From: Candidatus Saccharimonadota bacterium
GTDB taxonomy: Bacteria > Patescibacteriota > Saccharimonadia > Saccharimonadales > UBA4665
Direction of reading: 5' to 3'
Assembly: GCA_036787835.1 (NCBI GenBank)
Contig: DAIQON010000004.1
Span: forward strand, 3,204-67,203
Length of the DNA: 64,000 bases
Below the pieces are notes generated by a model. The model did no database searches, was not told the origin of the DNA, and worked only from the letters and a program-made list of their open reading frames with translations. A program made the position numbers and the translations under genes. Shown here piece after piece: positions 38,506-47,916 of the stretch (position 1 is the stretch's first letter; the number at the start of each line of letters is the position of its first letter).

Positions 38506-38982
38506 ATGGCAAGTGTATTACAGAATATTTCAGACAGTTATAAAAAATCTGCCGTCGTAAACGTACGCAGCGGTGACACTGTTAAAGTGCATCAAAAGAT
38601 TAAAGAAGGCAATAAAGAACGTGTTCAGGTCTTCCAGGGTCTTGTTATTCGTACCGACATGAAGAACAGCCATTTATCTCGAATTACCGTCAGACGAATT
38701 GCTAGTGGCATAGGAGTTGAAAAAAGCTTCCTACTTCATAGCCCGCTAGTTGTTAAAGTAGAAGTTGTTAAACGAAGTAAGGTTCGCCGAAATTATCTAA
38801 GCTATATGCGCGATCGAACTGGCAAGTCAGCCCGACTAAGTGGTGTAGACTTTGACCGTAACGCTGTCAACGACCTACCTCCTGAAGAACAGCCAGCTGA
38901 AGTGGTTGTTGAAACCGCAAATGAAGAAGCTGCTGTTGAAGCAGATAAAAAGGCTGTCGTAGAAGAAACTCCTAAAGCCTAG
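38506..38982 (+). CDS. rplS: 50S ribosomal protein L19 with acidic C-terminal extension
   Basis: The N-terminal ~115 aa are canonical L19 (GDTVKVH.KI.EG.KERVQ.F.G.VI). An extra ~40-aa Glu/Ala/Val-rich tail follows. Confidence 0.95.
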   Translation: MASVLQNISDSYKKSAVVNVRSGDTVKVHQKIKEGNKERVQVFQGLVIRTDMKNSHLSRITVRRIASGIGVEKSFLLHSPLVVKVEVVKRSKVRRNYLSYMRDRTGKSARLSGVDFDRNAVNDLPPEEQPAEVVVETANEEAAVEADKKAVVEETPKA

Positions 38983-39035
38983 TTACTAACCCGGCTATTT
39001 ACATCTTCTCGATTATATTGTAGTATATATTTTAA

Positions 39036-39659
39036 ATGACAATTGAAGTAATCGACCAGCTAGAAGTACTAAATGCTGGAGACATAGTGGGTATTGTCCC
39101 GGCCGTAGATGATGCAACGCAAATAAGCTCACAACAACTCGTTGATACCCTCGGCGATATTCATTCTAGTTATCAAACAAGACTTAGGATTGGCGAAATT
39201 GATAAATCAATAGATACCGTAATAGACGGTACCGCTTTGTCATTTTTATCAGGCGACACTGTCGCTTATGACGAAGATCCCGAACCAACATTATTTCGGA
39301 TAGAAAGTCTACTGGACCAAAAGACTAAGCTAAACATGCAAAGAATACTTCGAACTGCATATATAAATGCCAAGATAATATTCCTAAGCCGGACACTTAA
39401 TCACCCGAGTGGTGACGCTATTATCCGTGCTAGCTCAGATGGTTGGAATGCTATACAGCGGAGAATAAATCCTAATGTCACTAGCCCCGAATATGAAGCA
39501 ACCGGAACTTTAGGTCAAGTCACCGAAAAAGGAGTATTAATACTCCGTAGCGGCCGTTCAATTTTTGAAGTTAACCCGTTTGTTAAGTCTTCTTTGGGCA
39601 TTGAACACACGCTAGATATTGATGTCCAGTACCCACATCCTTTAGCCACGCAGACCTAG
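39036..39659 (+). CDS. hypothetical protein (207 aa, soluble)
   Basis: ORF only; no recognised motif. Confidence 0.45.
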   Translation: MTIEVIDQLEVLNAGDIVGIVPAVDDATQISSQQLVDTLGDIHSSYQTRLRIGEIDKSIDTVIDGTALSFLSGDTVAYDEDPEPTLFRIESLLDQKTKLNMQRILRTAYINAKIIFLSRTLNHPSGDAIIRASSDGWNAIQRRINPNVTSPEYEATGTLGQVTEKGVLILRSGRSIFEVNPFVKSSLGIEHTLDIDVQYPHPLATQT

Positions 39660-39701
39660 TTCCCATAGCTACGTCTAAGATTTTAAACATTAGACTATTG
39701 C

Positions 39702-39710
39702 TGGTAATAT
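39702..39710 (+). promoter_or_regulatory. extended -10 (TGgTAATAT) ending 7 nt before the rnhB ATG
   Basis: Seen directly. Confidence 0.35.
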
Positions 39711-39717
39711 TTCAATA

Positions 39718-40287
39718 ATGAATGGCTTGACTATTGGTATTGATGAAGTTGGAAGAGGCTGCCTTGCTGGTCCGATGGTTATAGGGCTCGTTAGCTTATC
39801 TACGCCAATTAATGGTCTTAAAGATTCAAAGTTACTTAGTAAAAAGAAGCGTCAGTCTTTGTACGGCGAGATCTTTTTAATGGCCGATATAGCCCTTCTT
39901 GCGTGGGTCTGGCCACATGAGATTGACGAGCTAGGTCTTACACTTTCAATGACTCTAGCTATTAAGCGTGGGCTAGCTCAAATGTCTAGCCAACCGACAG
40001 ACATTATTATTGACGGCAACACTAATTATTTACCGGATAACCCAGCTGCCAGAACGGTAATTGGTGCCGATAAGACTATTCCTCAGGTTAGTGCTGCAAG
40101 TATTATTGCAAAAGTAGCTAGAGACAACTATATGGAAATGCTAAACGATTACTTACCAGAGTACGATTTTGCCAGTAATGTTGGTTACGGCACTAAAAAT
40201 CACCTTCAGGCGATTAAGCTTAAGGGACCGAGCACTATTCATCGACTAAGTTTTGCACCGATGAATAGCTACTTAGAAAAGAATTGA
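39718..40287 (+). CDS. rnhB: ribonuclease HII
   Basis: 189 aa with GIDEVGRGCLAGPMV and DSKLLSKKKR motifs. Confidence 0.92.
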   Translation: MNGLTIGIDEVGRGCLAGPMVIGLVSLSTPINGLKDSKLLSKKKRQSLYGEIFLMADIALLAWVWPHEIDELGLTLSMTLAIKRGLAQMSSQPTDIIIDGNTNYLPDNPAARTVIGADKTIPQVSAASIIAKVARDNYMEMLNDYLPEYDFASNVGYGTKNHLQAIKLKGPSTIHRLSFAPMNSYLEKN

Positions 40288-42833
40288 ACGATATTTTCTT
40301 TGTCTCTAGATTTCCAAGCAGACTGCCAGTTGATTGTTTCAATAGCCTGATTAAGCGGTCGATCAAAAGCTGGGCTTAGATTTTGATCAAAGAAATCAGT
40401 AAATTCTTTTAAGAAAGACAGGTCGCTATAGCAGCGGCCAACATAAAGTGGCATTCTACTAAAGCTTAGGTCGGTGCCCATATTCTGCTGCATCCAGTCC
40501 CAGTTTTCTTTGAGCCAGGCCCATGCCTGATCACGTGAGTGATGATTCATGAAAGAATAGCTAACCCAGTAAGCGACGTCTTGAATTCTGACTTGATCTG
40601 ACTTAATTAGGCCTAGCGACTTCTTAATTAAGTCCTCCTGTTTAAAACCTGTCAGCGCAGCACATAAGTTTAGTTTCTCTTCTGGTGAGCTGGTCGCCTT
40701 GTGAAGTTTGACTAATTTATCAAATTCTTTCTTACCACCTTGGCGAGCGACGGTAGAGTAAACTACACTCCGAAGGTCAGCCTGCACAGGGTTTTTATTA
40801 GCTTCAATCTGACTGAATAGCTTTTTACAGTTTGAGACTATCGTCGCTTCATCAGCAGAAGCAGCGAGCCCTAAAATAATTGGCCTCAGTAACTTATCGA
40901 AGTGACTATCATCCTTTTTTTCATCCCAAGTGAGCCTCTTGAGCTGGACACTAATAAACTTACGAACATACGGTTTAATTAAGTCCCGCAAGTGGTCATC
41001 GTTCATAACTAAACGAATACTACCTAGCTCACCAGCAATAACTTCCCAAACAACAACGCTAGATTCATGACTATAGTGCTTTAGTAGCTCTAGACTATCA
41101 CTAGTCGCACTGTAGCCAGCTTTAGCCGCCTCAAATGAATCGCTTAGAAGGCCGAGTCGGTCGACGTCAGACACACCCTTAAGGTCACTCTTAGCGATAG
41201 AAGTAAGGCTTGGTAGGTCATAAATAACTCGGTAAAAACCGTTTCGACCTTGATTGAAAAGGCTAAGAGGCATTTTGCTATCTCTTTCAATAACTAGTCC
41301 AGACTCATCTAGTCGATCAAAGTCCTTAGATATTTGTTCATTAAGTAGTGGTATCGGCCAAATAGAGCCGTCCTTAGTAACCGAAGGATTTAAGTAAAAG
41401 CGTTCTTGGGTTAGCGATACCGCCCCATCAGAATAAACGACTTTAAGTATTGGGTAGCCCGTTAACGTCGTCCAGCGAGACATAAATTCTTTTACCGGCC
41501 GCTTACTGGCCTTTTCTAGAGCATCCCATAGATCAACGGTGTCTGTATTGCCGTACATATGTGCTTTTAGATAAAGTCTGATACCGTCTCTAAACGGCGT
41601 TGGTCCAAGATAGTTCTCGAGCATAGATATAACAGAGGCACCTTTTTCGTAACTAATTGCATCAAAAATAGTTCTAATCTCATCAGGATGTCGAACCTCA
41701 ACTTCAATAGGGTGGCTATGTTCAAGAGCGTCCAACTTAAGCGCTATACCTTGTTCATCGACTGTAAACTGGGTCCAAACTTTCCAATCGGGGAATATAT
41801 GGTCGACCGCTAGATAGCTCATCCAACTAGCGAAGCTTTCATTAAGCCATAGATCAGTCCACCAACGCATGGTCACTAAGTTACCAAACCACTGATGGGT
41901 CAGTTCATGAGCGACGACGCTAGCAACAAATTGCTTTAGGCTTAGAGAAGTATTATCTTTATCAACTAACAAAGCTTGTTCACGGAAGGTAATACAGCCC
42001 CAGTTTTCCATAGCACCGCTAGCAAAATCAGGTAGGGCAACAAAATCACACTTAGTAAGCGGGTAGGGAATATCAAAGTACTCATTATAGAAATCTAAAG
42101 TCTTGAGTGCACAATCAAGGGCAAACTTAGTGTGCTTCAAGTTATCTTTAGTCGCATAGGTCCTAACGACCGTACCAGCCTCGGTTTTAGCCTCTAAAAA
42201 GTCCATCTCACCAGCGACGAAGGCCAATAAGTAGGTACTCATCTTTGGTGTCTGGGCAAAGACAGTTTTGACTCTAGATTTTAGCTTAGTCTGCTTAACA
42301 ACTTCAGTATTAGATATAATGCAGCTATATTTTGGAGTATCGAGCGACAGATTAAATACGGCTTTAGCTTCTGGCTCATCAATACAAGGAAATGCTTCTC
42401 TGGCGTGATGACTTTCAAACTGAGTGGCTATAATCTTTTTTTCCACGCCGTCATCTTCAAAAAAACATGGATAGATGCCGTTCATTGGCCGGGTGATATC
42501 TGCCTGGTAGCTAATTTTTAAGCTATAGTCACCGGGATAGACCAGCTGATTAAAGTGGATCCTTAGTTCATTGAACGTCTGTTGATTATTAAATCTAACT
42601 ACCTTTAATGGCTTAGCTCCTTGTTTGCCATGACTAATAACCTCTACGCTGAGAATCTTTAAGTTGCTTTGATGAAGCGTAAGCCGCTTCGATGGCCGAC
42701 CAACTTTTTTGCCTACTATTTCAACTACGCCGTAAAACTTATCTGTCTCAGGCGCTAGTTTTAAATCCAAGTTATATTTACTTGGCTGAAACGACTTATA
42801 TAACCTAGTAACTTTATTCGACATTCGTAACAT
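40269..42833 (-). CDS. pepN: M1-family aminopeptidase N
   Basis: 854 aa with GAMENWG exopeptidase motif, HELTHQWFGNLVT-x18-type zinc site (WLNESFA) and a C-terminal ERAP1-like helical domain. Confidence 0.93.
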   Translation of the reverse strand: MLRMSNKVTRLYKSFQPSKYNLDLKLAPETDKFYGVVEIVGKKVGRPSKRLTLHQSNLKILSVEVISHGKQGAKPLKVVRFNNQQTFNELRIHFNQLVYPGDYSLKISYQADITRPMNGIYPCFFEDDGVEKKIIATQFESHHAREAFPCIDEPEAKAVFNLSLDTPKYSCIISNTEVVKQTKLKSRVKTVFAQTPKMSTYLLAFVAGEMDFLEAKTEAGTVVRTYATKDNLKHTKFALDCALKTLDFYNEYFDIPYPLTKCDFVALPDFASGAMENWGCITFREQALLVDKDNTSLSLKQFVASVVAHELTHQWFGNLVTMRWWTDLWLNESFASWMSYLAVDHIFPDWKVWTQFTVDEQGIALKLDALEHSHPIEVEVRHPDEIRTIFDAISYEKGASVISMLENYLGPTPFRDGIRLYLKAHMYGNTDTVDLWDALEKASKRPVKEFMSRWTTLTGYPILKVVYSDGAVSLTQERFYLNPSVTKDGSIWPIPLLNEQISKDFDRLDESGLVIERDSKMPLSLFNQGRNGFYRVIYDLPSLTSIAKSDLKGVSDVDRLGLLSDSFEAAKAGYSATSDSLELLKHYSHESSVVVWEVIAGELGSIRLVMNDDHLRDLIKPYVRKFISVQLKRLTWDEKKDDSHFDKLLRPIILGLAASADEATIVSNCKKLFSQIEANKNPVQADLRSVVYSTVARQGGKKEFDKLVKLHKATSSPEEKLNLCAALTGFKQEDLIKKSLGLIKSDQVRIQDVAYWVSYSFMNHHSRDQAWAWLKENWDWMQQNMGTDLSFSRMPLYVGRCYSDLSFLKEFTDFFDQNLSPAFDRPLNQAIETINWQSAWKSRDKENIVQFFSK

Positions 42834-42913
42834 TTTAGCATGATGGACAGTAGCTAGTCAGCCTTGGATTGTTTTAAGGATATCTGTATATACTTTTAAT
42901 CCTTCCCTAGTCG

Positions 42914-42922
42914 TGATATAAT
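42914..42922 (+). promoter_or_regulatory. extended -10-like element (TGaTATAAT) in the pepN/nusA divergent region
   Basis: Seen directly; only a weak -35 (TTTTAA) at the right distance. Confidence 0.3.
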
Positions 42923-42933
42923 AATGGATAGTT

Positions 42934-42959
42934 TCCGACCAATGCAGGTCGGATTTTTT
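42934..42959 (+). terminator. intrinsic-terminator-like hairpin in the nusA leader
   Basis: TCCGACC-aatgca-GGTCGGA followed by TTTTTT. There is no plus-strand gene upstream. The U-tract exists only in the plus orientation. Confidence 0.55.
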
Positions 42960-43019
42960 AATAACAGGACATCTAAATTAAAGCTTAAATAGTAATCATA
43001 GATTGAAAGGAAAATCATT

Positions 43020-44171
43020 ATGGATTTAGACATGAAACAACTAGCAACAGCCATTAGAGCAATTGCTGAAGAGAAAAACCTACCAGAGGAGACAGTCGCA
43101 GAAGTAGTTGAACAAGCACTAGCTGCTGCCTATAGGCGAGACTACGGTGACCGCGAACAAGAGATTAGGATCTCAATGAACTTAAACACTGGTGATGTTG
43201 ACGCCTATATAACTAAAGAGATAGTTGCAACCGTTGAACATCCAGCTTTTGAAATCAGCCTGAAGGAAGCTTCGGTCATGAAGAAATCAGTAAAGCTCGG
43301 CGAATCAATGGAAGTCCATGAGAAAGCTGAATCGTTCGGCCGAGTTGCAGCACAGACTGCTAAGCAAGTTATCTTACAAAGGCTACGTGAAGCTGAGAGA
43401 GAAATTATCCTAGCCGAATATGAAGATAAAATCGGTACTGTTATAAACGCCAATGTATCTCGTGTTGAAGGTAACATTATCCGTGTCGACCTAGGCAAAG
43501 CTCAAGGCATAATGCCTCGAAGTGAACAGATCCAAGGTGAACGCTATTACCCAGGTCAAAGACTAAAGGTCTTTCTAAAAGACGTTGAAAAAGGTTTTCG
43601 AGGCCCGCAGCTAATTGTCAGTCGTGGTAACAGCCAATTTATTGAATGGCTATTTAGAGCTGAAGTTCCAGAAATGGAAAGTAATGCTGTTGAAATTAAA
43701 GACATCTCTAGAGAAGCTGGGGTTCGAACTAAACTTGCTGTAGCTAGTAATGTCCCCGGCGTTGACCCAGTTGGTACATTTGTTGGTGGTCACGGCACTA
43801 GAGTAAACGCGGTTACCAGCGAGGTTGGCGAACAAGAGAAGATCGATATTATTGTTTGGAGCGAAAAGACTGATGAATATATCATTAACTCCTTGAGCCC
43901 AACTAAAGTTTCTAAAGTACAGCTAGATGAAGCCAATAAGAAGGCTAAGGTTATCGTACCGGAGGACCAACTCAGTATTGCTATCGGTAAGGGTGGTCAG
44001 AATGTACGCTTAGCCTCAAAGCTTACTGGCTATGAACTAGATATCGAAGCTGAGAAAGTCGTGACTGAAGCTCCGGAAATAGTTAGCGAAGTAGTAAAGC
44101 CACCAAAGCTAAAAAAGAAGAGTGAATTAGAGAATTCTTTGCTCGAAGCTATTGAAGAACACGGCGAATAA
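43020..44171 (+). CDS. nusA: transcription termination/antitermination factor NusA
   Basis: 383 aa with N-terminal domain, S1 and two KH domains (IGKGGQNVRLASKLTG). Confidence 0.95.
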   Translation: MDLDMKQLATAIRAIAEEKNLPEETVAEVVEQALAAAYRRDYGDREQEIRISMNLNTGDVDAYITKEIVATVEHPAFEISLKEASVMKKSVKLGESMEVHEKAESFGRVAAQTAKQVILQRLREAEREIILAEYEDKIGTVINANVSRVEGNIIRVDLGKAQGIMPRSEQIQGERYYPGQRLKVFLKDVEKGFRGPQLIVSRGNSQFIEWLFRAEVPEMESNAVEIKDISREAGVRTKLAVASNVPGVDPVGTFVGGHGTRVNAVTSEVGEQEKIDIIVWSEKTDEYIINSLSPTKVSKVQLDEANKKAKVIVPEDQLSIAIGKGGQNVRLASKLTGYELDIEAEKVVTEAPEIVSEVVKPPKLKKKSELENSLLEAIEEHGE

Positions 44172-44191
44172 ACAGCTTTCCCTATCTGTAA

Positions 44192-44218
44192 TTAGCACTC
44201 TTGACGTGAGAGTGCTAG
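44192..44218 (+). promoter_or_regulatory. CIRCE (HrcA operator) upstream of clpC
   Basis: TTAGCACTC-ttgacgtga-GAGTGCTAg; one mismatch to TTAGCACTC-N9-GAGTGCTAA. Confidence 0.8.
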
Positions 44219-44230
44219 CTATAGTATTAT
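44201..44230 (+). promoter_or_regulatory. putative sigma-70-type promoter of clpC
   Basis: TTGACG (inside the CIRCE spacer), 18 nt, then TATTAT. The ATG is at 44323. Confidence 0.45.
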
Positions 44231-44322
44231 GTAAATAGCTTCCTGAGGTAAACTACAGCCATAATTCAGACAAAAACATTACCTTGGAAACATATAACTA
44301 GCTAAATATTTGAAGGATAAAT

Positions 44323-46809
44323 ATGTTGCCAGATAATAGCCCAGATTTTCAAGAGTTCTTGAATCATCTAACTACAAACGCAAAACGAAGTTTACGCCAA
44401 GCTGATCTAATTGCCAGAGGCTTTGGCAGTGCCTATATCGGCACCGAACATCTCCTACTCGGTGTTCTCGCTCAGAATGGTTCAATGGGATCAAAGATCC
44501 TAAGTGATGCCGGCGTAACCCTAGATAGGGCCCGTTTAGCCCTAAACTTAACTCCAAAGTCACTGGTCGTTCAAATCGGAGCCAAAGGCTTAAGTGAAAC
44601 CGCTAAGCTAACACTTAGAACAGCTTATGACATCGCCCAAGAATTTAGCCAAGAGTATTGTGGCACTGAACATATCTTGTATAGCATCCTAAGCCAGAAG
44701 AACGCTCGGGCAACAATTCTACTTAAAGATATGAACGTCGACGTTGAACATTTAACCGGTGAAGTAGCTCGTTTCCTAAACAGACAACAGTACGCCGAAA
44801 CTATGATTGGTAATGAGCGAGGTACGAAGCGAGGTGGCAAAAACTCTAAAAATGGAGCTTTAGATTTCTTCGGAATTGATCTTACTGCCCAAGCTAAGGC
44901 TAAAAAGTTAGACCCACTAGTTGGACGCGATGCTCAAACCAAACGTCTAATAACAATCCTCAACAGACGTAACAAGAACAACCCCGTATTAATTGGTGAA
45001 CCTGGCGTTGGCAAGACTGCCATCGTTGAGGGACTGGCCCAAAGAATAGTTAACGAAGATGTGCCAGACAGTCTTATAGACAAACGAATAATTATGATCG
45101 ATCTAGCAGCTATGGTAGCTGGTACAAAATACCGTGGTGAATTCGAAGAAAGACTTAAAAAAGTTATTACTGAACTTGAGAATAGCTCAAAGGCAATTGC
45201 CTTTATTGACGAACTACACCTTATTGTTGGTGCCGGAGCTGCTGAAGGCGCAATGGACGCCAGCAACATCTTAAAGCCAGCCCTAGCGCGGGGCAAGATG
45301 CAAATAATTGGCGCTACGACTACCTCTGAATACACTAAGCACATTGAGAAAGACGCTGCTCTTGAACGTCGTTTCCAGCCAATTCAAGTACCAGAGACTA
45401 CTTACCAAGAAACAATCGCTGTATTAAAAGGTATAAAGAAACACTACGAAGATTTTCATGGAGTCAGTATATCTGATGAGGTCGTTGAAGACACCGTAAC
45501 GCTAGCAAAGCGCTACATAAACGACCGCTACATGCCAGATAAGGCAATCGATCTTATTGATGAAACATCGGCCCATATTAGAGTCAAGAACTCTAAGACC
45601 AGCCCTGAAATCCGCAAACTACAAAATGAACTTAAACTGCTTGAGGTAAAGATCGAAGAAGCTGTAGACAGTGAAGAATATGAACGAGCAGCCGAATATA
45701 AAACTCGGGTTTCGCAAATTACTGAAGAACTCAATAAATTACAGGCTCAAATCAAGAAGACCAAGAAGTTTGAAGTTACTTCTGAGGATCTTGCTGAAGT
45801 CGTGTCACGAATCAGTGGCGTCCCAGTAAAAAAGGTGTTAAAGAGTGAAGCCAAATATCTATTAAGTTTAGAGAAGGTAATGTCCAAGCAACTTATTGGC
45901 CAGACTGAAGCAATAGACGTCGTATCGAGGGCTATTCGTCGTAATCGATCAGGAATCGGTAGCGAGAACCGACCTATCGGCTCGTTTATATTCCTTGGTC
46001 CAACCGGCGTTGGTAAGACCGAACTTGCTCGAGTCTTAGCCAGAGAGTTTTTTGGCGCAGAATCAGCACTAGTAAAAATAGATATGAGCGAATTTGGTGA
46101 ACACCACAATGTGTCTCGTTTAGTAGGCGCACCTGCTGGCTACGTCGGCTACGATGATGGCGGACAGTTAACCGATAAGATTAGACGCCAACCATATTCA
46201 CTTGTTTTGTTTGATGAAATTGAAAAGGCTCACCCAGAAGTATTTAATATGCTTCTTCAAATGCTTGAAGACGGCTATATTACCGACGCAAAAGGTCGAA
46301 GAATTGACTTCTCAAATACGATAGTCATCATGACTAGTAATATTGGCGCAGATAAACTACAAAAAGAAGCGTCTCTTGGCTTCCGGGCAACCGCCAAAGC
46401 AGAAGTTGCTAGTTTAGATAACCTACACCAGGAAAATACCGATAAGGTGACGGCCGAGCTTAAGAAAATGCTCCGACCAGAGCTAATTAATAGAATAGAT
46501 AAGATAGTTGTTTTCAGGGCTTTAACTAAGGCAGATATCTTTAAGATTATAGATCTTCAGATTGAAGATCTTAGGAAACGACTAGTTAAGCATAGTATCG
46601 GTATTCAGCTAGACAACAAGGCTAAGAAATACCTACTAGAAAATGGTTACGATGTTAAAAACGGAGTTCGACCACTTCGAAGGTTAATTCAAAATACTAT
46701 TGAAGACCACTTAGCTCAAGAAGTGCTGAAGAATAAGTACGACAAAGGTGCTATCATTTCAGTCTCGACCAACAAGGATTGGCTAGTATACACTGTTACA
46801 AAAGAATAG
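44323..46809 (+). CDS. clpC: ATP-dependent Clp protease ATP-binding subunit ClpC-type
   Basis: 828 aa with double Clp_N repeat ([10 protein letters not shown] / [10 protein letters not shown]), two AAA modules ([16 protein letters not shown]), a UVR-like linker and an LGF ClpP-docking tripeptide. Confidence 0.93.
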   Translation: MLPDNSPDFQEFLNHLTTNAKRSLRQADLIARGFGSAYIGTEHLLLGVLAQNGSMGSKILSDAGVTLDRARLALNLTPKSLVVQIGAKGLSETAKLTLRTAYDIAQEFSQEYCGTEHILYSILSQKNARATILLKDMNVDVEHLTGEVARFLNRQQYAETMIGNERGTKRGGKNSKNGALDFFGIDLTAQAKAKKLDPLVGRDAQTKRLITILNRRNKNNPVLIGEPGVGKTAIVEGLAQRIVNEDVPDSLIDKRIIMIDLAAMVAGTKYRGEFEERLKKVITELENSSKAIAFIDELHLIVGAGAAEGAMDASNILKPALARGKMQIIGATTTSEYTKHIEKDAALERRFQPIQVPETTYQETIAVLKGIKKHYEDFHGVSISDEVVEDTVTLAKRYINDRYMPDKAIDLIDETSAHIRVKNSKTSPEIRKLQNELKLLEVKIEEAVDSEEYERAAEYKTRVSQITEELNKLQAQIKKTKKFEVTSEDLAEVVSRISGVPVKKVLKSEAKYLLSLEKVMSKQLIGQTEAIDVVSRAIRRNRSGIGSENRPIGSFIFLGPTGVGKTELARVLAREFFGAESALVKIDMSEFGEHHNVSRLVGAPAGYVGYDDGGQLTDKIRRQPYSLVLFDEIEKAHPEVFNMLLQMLEDGYITDAKGRRIDFSNTIVIMTSNIGADKLQKEASLGFRATAKAEVASLDNLHQENTDKVTAELKKMLRPELINRIDKIVVFRALTKADIFKIIDLQIEDLRKRLVKHSIGIQLDNKAKKYLLENGYDVKNGVRPLRRLIQNTIEDHLAQEVLKNKYDKGAIISVSTNKDWLVYTVTKE

Positions 46810-46887
46810 AACTTTCTTGGTACAGCAGCTACTTAAGATGAAGCAAGCTAACAAGTTAGATTAGAAAGGCAGCTAGTCATTCCGACT

Positions 46888-47898
46888 TTGAAACAGACTA
46901 CTAGATTAAATAGCCGGGGGAACTCAGTATTTGGTTTGTCCATAATTCTAGTCATCGTGCTGATTTTAGGTATCGGCGTGCTAGTTGGTTTTCATGAGCA
47001 AAATAACATAATCGATTATCTAAAACTACGAAACTACACAGCTCCTAGTAATATCGCGGCTATCGCCACTAGTGATACTATGACCAGTTACGGTAGAAAG
47101 ATGTTCTACGTTAATCATCCGCAGCTGACACCGAAAACTAGCTTTTCCAGCTACTGTCCAAATGGTACTGAGCAAACCGTCGTACTCGGCTGTTACCACG
47201 CCGCTGAGGATGGTATATACATCCTATCGGTAGATAACGCTCAGCTAAATGGCATTGAACAGGTGACCTCGGCCCACGAAATGCTCCATGCAGCTTACGA
47301 CCAGTTATCTAGCTCAGATAAGGCCTACGTCGATAATCTGCTGACAAATTACTATAATAACGGCCTAACCGACCCTGTTATCAGGGCTCAAATAGCCTCA
47401 TACAAACAGAGTGAGCCTGGAGCAGTGGTTAATGAAATGCACTCATTATTTGGTACCCAGGTAGCCAGTCTTCCGCCAGCTCTTGAGACCTACTACTCTC
47501 GGTATCTTACTGACCGGGCAACAGTTGTTAATTACTACTTATCCTACGAGAGCGCCTTCAGTACAAGACAAAATCAAATCAAAGCCGATGACCAGACACT
47601 TACTACCCTAAATTCTCAAATTGATAATAATAATCGACAGATAAGTAGCCAGCTCGCAGACATCCAAAGTCTTCAAGTCAGCTTAAATAACGAGAAAAAT
47701 AATGGACAAATCACCGAGTATAACGCCAGCGTACCTGGCTTTAACACAAAAGTTGACGACTATAATAATCTGGTTGTTGAAACACGCTCGCTGATAGACC
47801 AGTACAACAACGTCGTTAACTCGAGAAACTCAATCGTTCTTGTAGAACAACAACTAGTTCAAGCAATAAGCTCAACAAACCAAACTCTAAGTAAATAA
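46888..47898 (+). CDS. membrane-anchored protein with HExxH motif and Gln/Asn-rich coiled-coil tail
   Basis: 336-aa ORF with a TTG start in the track. It has one N-terminal TM helix, SAHEMLHAAY with NEMHS downstream, and C-terminal heptad-like Q/N-rich sequence. Confidence 0.5.
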   Translation: MKQTTRLNSRGNSVFGLSIILVIVLILGIGVLVGFHEQNNIIDYLKLRNYTAPSNIAAIATSDTMTSYGRKMFYVNHPQLTPKTSFSSYCPNGTEQTVVLGCYHAAEDGIYILSVDNAQLNGIEQVTSAHEMLHAAYDQLSSSDKAYVDNLLTNYYNNGLTDPVIRAQIASYKQSEPGAVVNEMHSLFGTQVASLPPALETYYSRYLTDRATVVNYYLSYESAFSTRQNQIKADDQTLTTLNSQIDNNNRQISSQLADIQSLQVSLNNEKNNGQITEYNASVPGFNTKVDDYNNLVVETRSLIDQYNNVVNSRNSIVLVEQQLVQAISSTNQTLSK

Positions 47899-47916
47899 GG
47901 TGCTAAACTAGAAAAT

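Noticed and set aside
44210-44237. dif-like 28-mer (GAGTGCTAGCT-ATAGTA-TTATGTAAATA) whose right arm resembles the XerD-binding arm TTATGTAAA.
   Set aside because: The left part is the right half of a CIRCE that recurs at clpP, and the rest is the clpC -10 region. The resemblance is confined to about 9 nt and is most simply coincidence.
44934-46109. Antisense ORFs of 136, 68 and 120 aa inside clpC (44934-45344, 45528-45734, 45747-46109).
   Set aside because: These are shadow frames of a highly conserved AAA+ gene, with Ser/Ile/Leu-rich translations and no SD or promoter context.
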